This document shows positions 56,152 to 64,000 of a stretch of DNA of 64,000 bases, one piece after another; the first letter of the stretch is position 1, and each line of letters starts with the position of its first letter. The position numbers and the translations under genes were made by a program. Under the pieces are notes generated by a model. The model saw only the letters and a list, made by a program, of their open reading frames with translations, did no database searches and was not told the DNA's origin. The DNA lies in NCBI RefSeq assembly GCF_022539665.2, contig NC_081332.1, forward strand, positions 5,022,001 to 5,086,000, written 5' to 3'. Source of the stretch: Daphnia carinata. Lineage: Eukaryota.

Positions 56152-57919
56152 ATGGTTTTGGAAGCCAAGAGCATTTCCTACGGTACTCTGGACGACATTG
56201 CGCAGAACCCACCTCCACCTACACATTCAGCATTTCTTCACGTGACTCAGTACGCATAATATCATTTTGAAGACCTCGTTTTGCTCAACAAGTTTGGTTT
56301 TCAAAAGCCGGTTTTCTTTTCTGTTCTTTCCCCATGACTTGTTTTTCCAGACTGATCAGCCAAGCGGCGGACACTAGCCTCAATCTAAGGAGGACCCCTT
56401 CGAGCGAAATGACCCAGGTAAAAACACGAATTCGGATTAACCATTTCATCAAACTGATCCATTTGTTTTTCACGTTTTGTTGCATCTACACAGGATTTGT
56501 ATCAGAGACAGCCGCTTTTGTCGTCGTCTAAAGGCGAAGGCTGGGATGATTGTAGCTCTTCAGAACCATCAACATTCTACGATTCGAAAGGCTCGTCGAA
56601 CGGCAGCCGAAGCAGTGGTTCGGTAGTAATCAACGGATTGAATAAAAGTATTACAAGCAATGGCAGCTGTAGCAGCAACGGCAACGGAATCAAACCCGAA
56701 AACGGCATCATCCGCATAGACGTGCCTGCACCGCACAGAGACGAACCAAAGTTCCCACGCGAATACTTCAAAACACTTATCGGTATTGCATAATGCTAAC
56801 ATTTGTTTATAGCATTTCAATTAAGTTGTTCGAATTTCTTTGCCCCAAATTTCAGCTTTCCTTTTTTGCCTTTTCAATTGGTTCTTGACAACCATTTCTC
56901 TGGCACTGGTTCATGAGCGAGTACCTGATAGGACACACTATGGCCCTCTCCCCGATGTCTTTCTAGACAACATACCCGCCGCCGATTGGGCTCTTGATGT
57001 ATCCGAGATACTCATCATCATCTCCACTACATCGTGCATGCTTTTACTCTTTTTCCACAAATACAGGTATAGCCTCTGCAATAATTTTCACTTTCAATGG
57101 CTCAAAATTAAACATCAAATCTTTTCCCTTTTTTTAATCGCAGGTCGATCGTTATGCGGAGGGTATTTTTTCTTTTGGGCGTATTGTACATGATGCGTGC
57201 ACTTACCATGTACGCTACCGTTATGCCTGTTGCCTCCAGGACATACTATTGCTCTCCGAAATCCAATCACACGGGGGTTGCTGTTATAACACTGCGGGCG
57301 ATCCGGATTCTTGTTGGTACACGAAAGATGTTAAATTTTAATGAAAAACTGTATCTATAACTGATTTCTATTGTTTTTTTATAACGTGCGTGTCTGAAAA
57401 AGGAATGGGCTTATCGATTAATGGCCAACATGTTTACTGTGGCGATTACATCTACAGTGGACATACCGTGATTCTGACAGTGTCGTCGCTGCTCATCCAA
57501 GAATATACCCCGAGGAAATGGCGGCCGTTACATTGGATCTCGTGGCTAGTCACCTGTTTGGGCGTGGTCTTTGTTATGGTCGCTCACGGACATTACACCG
57601 TGGATGTCCTTATTGCATACTATGTCACCACTCGGGTTTTTTGGATGTATCACACAATGGCCAGCAATACCATCCTAAAGGTTGGTGAAAATTCCAGAAA
57701 AGAGATACCCGTAATCCAAACTGTGATGAACTTTGTTTATTTATTCTTTTTTTTTTGTCACAGCAAAACGGCCCGTCCAACTACTTTTCGAGGTTATGGT
57801 GGTATCACATCTTTACCTATTTTGAGCGTAACGTTGGCGGTGTCGTTCCGAGACGTTACGAGTGGCCGCTACCCTGGCCGCGCCATTTTCTCTCCAAATA
57901 TCCGGATCGTGATAGCTAG
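56152..57919 (+). CDS. Sphingomyelin synthase (SMS1/SMS2-type, phosphatidylcholine:ceramide cholinephosphotransferase)
   Basis: Motifs VHERVP..PLPD, RR..Y..R..TM, CGDYIYSGHT, HGHYTVDVLIAYY and C-terminal YEWPLPWP. The N-terminal exons (56152-, 56351-56417, 56494-) splice in phase. TAG at 57917-57919. Confidence 0.9.
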
Positions 57920-59010
57920 TGTCATGTGCGCCAAAGGAACGAACGGCGTTAGAGCCATACGAAACTCCTCCTGTTCAGTTGCCTTGCTTTGTGCATTGGC
58001 CTAGTCGGGGAAAAAAAAGTGTTGACTTGGACGCTGGAGAAGACAGTGGAGTGGAGTCACGGCCAGGAATAGAACACGGACATGTGGGTTCCCAAACAGT
58101 CATTTGCCTACATGTTCAAATGGAATCAGTGGCAAGGATTCGCATTTCGTTTACGTTGGAAATGAAGTGCTTCGCATATAAAAATTGGTCTGAAAGCAAA
58201 TGAGCGAGAAAAAAGGAAATGAAAAAAACAAAACAACATTGCTGTGTAAAATTTCGTGCGCTTGAATTATTATTATTTTTTTTTTTATTCGGTTGTTTTC
58301 TTAGCTCTCGCATTTGAGAAACATGCGCTATGTGCCTCATGCTTTCATTATGTCCATATTAAAACAGTCCAAGTTTTTCACCATCATTATTCTACGAAGA
58401 TTCATATACTTTGAAAATTCTGTCGTGTTCGCTCGATTGTTAAGTATAGTGTGTTTTGTTTATACAAATTATCAATATATCGTTCAACCGTGCTGTAAAA
58501 AAAATAATAATAATGACAAGCAAGGAATTTGTGTTCCCTTGAATGTCATTGTTTGGAATAGGTAATTATTTAAGTAGAAAAATGGGTTAATTTGTGCATT
58601 GATCGATTTGGAAATGGTGAAAGCATCTGAAAACTTCTGAAAGTAACAAGCATTCTGATTGTACATAAGACCCTGATTGGCGTGACAAAACGAAATGACG
58701 TAAATGGGTGTTCGTTATCTATAGGTTTAACCTAATCAAATCATTTGATCGCCAAGGAAATAAACTGCCAGTGTGAACTGGGGTTTTAGGGGGACATTAT
58801 TCAACTTCAACTGAATCATGCTTGCGTTCAGTTTAACTATATCTGCTAGATGCCAGTTTTACAAGTAGATCAAGATTACTTCCTTTTTATGTTTCAATCT
58901 CACTACCATCGACTGCCACGGATCTTAAACAATGAGGAAAGGTGGGATTAAATGGTTAATAAACAAGCTTGATATTATGCATCAGAATAATGCAAATAGA
59001 ACAACGCAAA

Positions 59011-59200
59011 GAAACACGAAAATGGAATTTGTTTTTAGGTAGAGTTTATAGTTTTTGAGCAATCTAAAATAAAATTAGGGTGGAATCGAAACCATTACTA
59101 GCGCGCCAGTACGCTACAGCGCTAGCGTGACACATCAAACTTCTTTGATTATTTAAAAACCATAAAGCCCACGTAAAAACTTATCTCATTTTCGTGTTCC
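59011..59200. mobile_element. MITE-like ~190-bp imperfect palindrome
   Basis: aacacgaaaatg (59013-59024) is inverted at cattttcgtgtt (59187-59198). gtttttaggtagagtttatagtttttg matches the reverse complement of taaaaaccataaagcccacgtaaaaac imperfectly. Central ctagcgc...gcgctag. Confidence 0.55.
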
Positions 59201-59546
59201 TTCTTATATTTTGAACAAGAATCAATTATAGTTACGTAGATCTAATGGTACTATTTTTTAATAGGCAAAAAATTTAAGCCCGACAAAATAAGCCCGACTA
59301 TCTGTTTTTTACGGTTTATTCAAAAAGTATAAGCCTATGGCAATATGGCAATCCGTTTTACATAAAAAAAAAAAAAAAAATGGCGGAAAAAAAAATCGCA
59401 CTTTTTTCTTTTTTTCCGACACGTAGCCATCTACCGCTCAGACTCATTATTACTGGCGTAGGCAATTTCAGTCCATTGGATGCCATTCGCAGTTAGTTCA
59501 TTAGCGTGGATGGAGAATAACGCGTGGATGGAGGAACAATTGAAAA

Positions 59547-61040
59547 ATGGATAAGGTAATACAACAAAAGGATGGTATGTATAAACATTATTATATTTGT
59601 TTTGAATTATTAATTATTGTTTATTAGGTCAAATTATGGACCTGCAGGCTCAATTATTGCAACAGCACAAAATATTAGATAACAGCAAAGCTAAGGATGG
59701 TAAGGCCTAATACATAATGATTCTATTTATTTGCTTTTATTCATTTGTGTTTTGTAGCTCAAAGTTTGAGTCTACAAGCTCAGCTAGGGGAAAAGAACAA
59801 ATTGGAACGGAACAGTTTCCAAACAGTGAAGGAGGTTTTTCCAAACTAAAACCTAACTGAACATGAGGATGAATTAGCATTAGGTGAACACAGTCAGGTA
59901 CCTAAACTTTTCAAATAAGAATTCAAAATAAGTATAGAATTTTAACAAACAATTATTTATTGTTTAGTTATTCAGTCTACCACCTGACAGTGTGTTAAAT
60001 TTAAATTCTGTTAGTGCTGCACAAAAAGAATCGTTAGTAATAAGCCCATGCAGTGAAGGAAGTGAACAATTGTGGGACAGTATTTGGGCTGAAAATGGGT
60101 GTGGTACGGAAACCAAGATATGGCACAAGTTCAACATGAAACATGGATTAGGTACTTTTCGGTTTTATGTCTATTGAAAAAGTATTTTTAATGCTATTAT
60201 TTTGCATTCACAGAATTTAATGGGGGATCAAATCAAGTCTGTAAGTGTTACAGGATGGAAGAGTCAGCCTACAGATGAAAAAACACTGAGAGTGCATTAC
60301 CATTAAGGTATGAGGTAAAGTAATAGAGTATGCACATTGTCTAATGTGTTTATTTTATTAACAATTCAAAAGATTAATCCTAGTTTCAGCCAAACATGAA
60401 ATAATCCAGAGAAGTACCATCTTGTGTTAATAAATCCAGTACAACAGCAATCCTTTATAATTCTGTCACAGCTAGAAACCTCAAATAATTCTGCTTCTCT
60501 GTCTAAAGAACAACTTGTCCTTTACGTTCAGAGTGTTGGGGAAACTGGGTACTTAAATGGCCCTAAAGATGTTTTAATTTTGCTGCCATTGCAGAGATGA
60601 ACATCATACATGGACTCTTTAGGTATGAAAGGATTTTTCTTCAAATAATTTTGAATTTATGATGAAGAATTTCTCCTCCTTTTTGCCAACCAGGTCTAAT
60701 CTACCAAAAAAAATTTTATCCAATAGGAAATGATTTTCATGTACTGGGAACACAACTATCAACTATGCAACATTGTACAGGTGCTAGTTTATCATTCAAG
60801 AGCCTTATACAATGATGTTAATCTGCAATTTGTATGTCCTGTCCCAAGCTTCTGCCAGAAGTTGAATCTATGAGTCATGTAAGTTACATGATCAACAGTT
60901 GATATGTTTAACGGTGTTGTTTTTCTTTTCTCAATATAGGTTAATAGTAACATTGGATCTGAAAAAATTCTTGGTTGGGGCAAGACACTGAATAAATTGT
61001 ATTGATTGGATGGATGACATGACATTTCTATACTTAATTC
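59547..61040 (+). pseudogene. Degenerate multi-exon gene of unknown product (left-arm copy; mirrored on the minus strand at ~62800-64000)
   Basis: Regular GT..AG short introns separate phase-compatible exons: MDKVIQQKD-GQIMDLQAQLLQQHKILDNSKAKD-AQSLSLQAQLGEKNKLE..GEHSQ-LFSLPPDSVL..KHGL. In-frame TAA at 59847-59849 and further stops downstream. Confidence 0.6.
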
Positions 61041-61633
61041 GGATTCCCCAGACGGTATTTGATATTTAAAAAATTGAAGTGCATATCTGGGCTCCCTTCT
61101 TTTCTGAAGCCCCGTTTCCCCTTGACTCGTAATAAGCCCGTAGGGGGTCATGCCCCTACTGTACGGTATATATAAAAACAACATATACCGAGGTTTGGAG
61201 GGCTCTGGCCGGAAAGGGGACGTGGGGTGCCGCTTAGTCCGATGATGTGTTCACGGAGGGCTCTGTGGCTACCCACAAATCCGAACTAAAGGTTAATCGC
61301 TCCTGTAAAAATGTTCCAAATCTTCAGCTCTTCTTCCGGCTTCTCTTAGCCAATCACCGGGTAATCTCCCCGGTGGGTCAACAAGGCAGTGTCTCCCCCT
61401 GCCTGGGTTGACGGCAACTTTTGAAAGGGCTATTGTGCCTTTTTAAAGTTGCAAAAATAATTGTAATGTGCAGAGAAGTGTCAATAAATTTTTTTTTATA
61501 AAATATTTTTTGCAAAATTTGTTCCTTTCATTGTCTGTGTTAGCCGTGTTCACACATTACATTTATCAACTTTTTTTTTTATTGCTTTGCTTTATTAGTT
61601 TTTGTCACCTTTGATGGTAAGCATTGTTTCCAT
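59773..61633 (+). repeat. Left arm of a giant inverted repeat (true outer limit may be further left)
   Basis: tacaagctcagctaggggaa at 59773 is the reverse complement of the last 20 bases of the window. The match continues to ..gcattgtttccat at 61633. ORFs 60792..61184(-) and 62684..63043(+) share an identical 119-aa translation. Confidence 0.97.
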
Positions 61634-61749
61634 CGTTTATCTGTTAGTATTCAATTATTATTTGTTGGACTCATCGAACTCTTCAACTTAGACTCAAGGA
61701 ACAACGTGTAATATCTGGATATTTTTTGAAGTAATTTTGTATTTTGTTT

Positions 61750-61820
61750 TACTCGCATGGGAACCGATCCCCAGACATTCAGCGTGCAACGCCGATGCTC
61801 TAACATTGAGCCACGAGACA
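61750..61820 (-). pseudogene. tRNA-like element (Ala-TGC-like, degenerate)
   Basis: Minus strand tctcgtg GCTCaatgttaGAGC a TCGGCgtTGCacGCTGA atgtc tggggatcggttccca tgcgag. D arm and anticodon arm pair, the T arm is degenerate and the acceptor stem is short. Confidence 0.6.
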
Positions 61821-61915
61821 TATCTAAATGTTTTATTATCGCATATCATATGTTATCGTCTAGATGTTTATGCAGTCTTTCACAACTATATGTTTATCTT
61901 TCTATTTGTTCCATA

Positions 61916-61985
61916 AGGTTCATAGCTCTGTGGTAGAGCCTTTAGCTGCGATACCTGATACCCTGGGTTCAAACCCTAGTAGATG
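61916..61985 (+). pseudogene. tRNA-like element (degenerate)
   Basis: A box/D arm taGCTCtgtggtaGAGC; B box/T arm CTGGGttcaaacCCTAG. Anticodon and acceptor stems pair poorly. Confidence 0.6.
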
Positions 61986-62103
61986 TGTAAAAATGAAGTA
62001 GAGTAAATGTAGAAGAATATGTTGCAGAATTGCATTTCAGTTTTATTATAAGTGTAAATGCAAGTCCACAAGTGACCAGAAAAAAACCAACTTGTCATCA
62101 TAT

Positions 62104-62170
62104 GATTCATGGCTCATTGGTAGAGCATAGGCGCGGTATGCCGAACATCCAGGGTTCGATCCCTGGATAA
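62104..62170 (+). pseudogene. tRNA-like element (degenerate)
   Basis: tgGCTCattggtaGAGC (A box), taGGCgcggtatGCCga, CCAGGGttcgatCCCTGG (B box). Acceptor stem is incomplete. Confidence 0.65.
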
Positions 62171-62202
62171 TAATAGACTGCTTACAGATAAAAGATAATC
62201 CA

Positions 62203-64000
62203 ATGGAAACAATGCTTACCATCAAAGGTGACAAAAACTAATAAAGCAAAGCAATAAAAAAAAAAGTTGATAAATGTAATGTGTGAACACGGCTAACACA
62301 GACAATGAAAGAAACAAATTTTGCAAAAAATATTTTATAAAAAAAAATTTATTGACAATTCTCTGCACATTACAATTATTTTTGCAACTTTAAAAAGGCA
62401 CAATAGCCCTTTCAAAAGTTGCCGTCAACCCAGGCAGGGGGAGACACTGCCTTGTTGACCCACCGGGGAGATTACCCGGTGATTGGCTAAGAGAAGCCGG
62501 AAGAAGAGCTGAAGATTTGGAACATTTTTACAGGAGCGATTAACCTTTAGTTCGGATTTGTGGGTAGCCACATCGCCCTCCGTGAACACATCATCGGACT
62601 AAGCGGCACCCCACGTCCCCTTTCCGGCCAGAGCCCTCCAAACCTCGGTATATGTTGTTTTATATATACCGTACAGTAGGGGCATGACCCCCTACGGGCT
62701 TATTACGAGTCAAGGGGAAACGGGGCTTCAGAAAAGAAGGGAGCCCAGATATGCACTTCAATTTTTTAAATATCAAATACCGTCTGGGGAATCCGAATTA
62801 AGTATAGAAATGTCATGTCATCCATCCAATCAATACAATTTATTCAGTGTCTTGCCCCAACCAAGAATTTTTTCAGATCCAATGTTACTATTAACCTATA
62901 TTGAGAAAAGAAAAACAACACCGTTAAACATATCAACTGTTGATCATGTAACTTACATGACTCATAGATTCAACTTCTGGCAGAAGCTTGGGACAGGACA
63001 TACAAATTGCAGATTAACATCATTGTATAAGGCTCTTGAATGATAAACTAGCACCTGTACAATGTTGCATTGTTGATAGTTGTGTTCCCAGTACATGAAA
63101 ATCCTTTCCTATTGGATAAAATTTTTTTTGGTAGATTAGACATGGTTGGCAAAAAGCAGGAGAAAATGCTTTGTCATAAATTCAAAAAATTTTCAAGAAA
63201 ATTCCTTTCATACCTAAAAAGTCCATGTATGATGTTCATCGCTGCAATGCCAACAAAATGAAACATCTTTAGGGCCATTTAAGTACCCAGTTTCCCCAAC
63301 ACTCTGAACGTAACAGGACAAGTTGTTCTTTAGCAAGAGAAGCAGAATTATTTGAGGTTTCTAGCTGTGACAGAACTATAAAGGATTGCTGTTACACAGG
63401 ATTCATTCACACAAGATGGAACTTCTCATTAGACAATTTGCATACTCTATTACTTTACCTCATACCTTAATGGTAATGCACTTTCAGTGTTTTTCAACTG
63501 TAGGCTCACTCTCCCATCCTGTAACACTTCCAGACTTGACTTGACCCCCCACTAAAATTCTGTGAATGCAAAATAATAGCATTAAAAATACTTTTTCGAT
63601 AGACAAAAAACTGAAAAGTACCTAATTCATGTTTTATGTTGAACTCATGCTATTTCTGGGTTTCCGTACCACACCCATTTTCAACCCAAATACAGTCCCA
63701 CAATTGTTCAATTGCTTCGCTGCATGGACTTATTACTAACAATTCTTTTAGTGCAGAACTAACAGAATTTAACTTTAACACACTGTCAGGTGGAAGACTG
63801 AATAACTAAACAATAAATAATTGTTTGTTAAAATTCTATACTTATTTTGAATTCTTATTTGAAAAGTTTAGGTACCTGACTGTGTTCGCCTAATGCCAAT
63901 TCATCCTCATGTTCAGTTAGGGATGAGTTTTGAAAAACCTCCTTCACTGTTTGGAAACTGTTCCGTTCCAATTTGTTCTTTTCCCCTAGCTGAGCTTGTA
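62203..64000 (-). repeat. Right arm of the giant inverted repeat (truncated by window end)
   Basis: Reverse complement of 59773-61633, lacking a ~63-bp segment (left ~60347-60409) and carrying scattered substitutions. Confidence 0.97.

Noticed and set aside
60940..61040. Ulp1-protease-like or kinase-like identity for the decayed gene
   Set aside because: Only faint impressions from short, stop-interrupted peptides; not supportable without a profile search.
61230..61295. Hammerhead ribozyme, group I intron core or telomerase template in the hairpin module
   Set aside because: ccgatga/cgaac and ctgaaga only loosely resemble the CUGANGA/GAAA core and lack the right stems. The group I-like words are in the wrong order. 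The TAACCT match is only 6 nt.
61750..62170. Functional tRNA genes
   Set aside because: Acceptor stems are incomplete and anticodon loops are non-canonical, so they are reported as tRNA-like elements only.
60792..63043. Twin ORFs 60792..61184(-) and 62684..63043(+) as real protein genes
   Set aside because: They are identical only because they lie in the near-identical arms. They run antisense to the spliced pseudogene, cross its intron and show no recognisable domain.

Overview
Eukaryotic, intron-rich, gene-dense DNA with many ~55-90 bp introns and A/T homopolymer runs. Gene content and architecture suggest a branchiopod crustacean such as Daphnia (inference). Spliced genes reconstructed by hand, in order: single-minded (bHLH-PAS, +); GNB1L-like WD40 (-) head-to-head with prefoldin-3/VBP1 (+); MYCBP (-); glutamate dehydrogenase (-); a DHRS11-like SDR (-); a WD40 protein with a CaaX end (+); a small four-TM MS4A-like gene (-); methylmalonyl-CoA mutase (+); two tandem Psc/Su(z)2/BMI1-type RING-RAWUL genes (+); a JAK kinase (+); and an SMS1/2-type sphingomyelin synthase (+). 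The last ~5 kb is the unusual part. It is a giant inverted repeat with arms of at least 1.8 kb, and the right arm runs off the window. Its axis holds divergently oriented tRNA-like units. Its inner arms carry a GC-rich array of back-to-back hairpins with a possible pseudoknot. Its outer arms carry two differently disabled copies of an unknown multi-exon gene. All exon boundaries were read by eye and no database searches were run.
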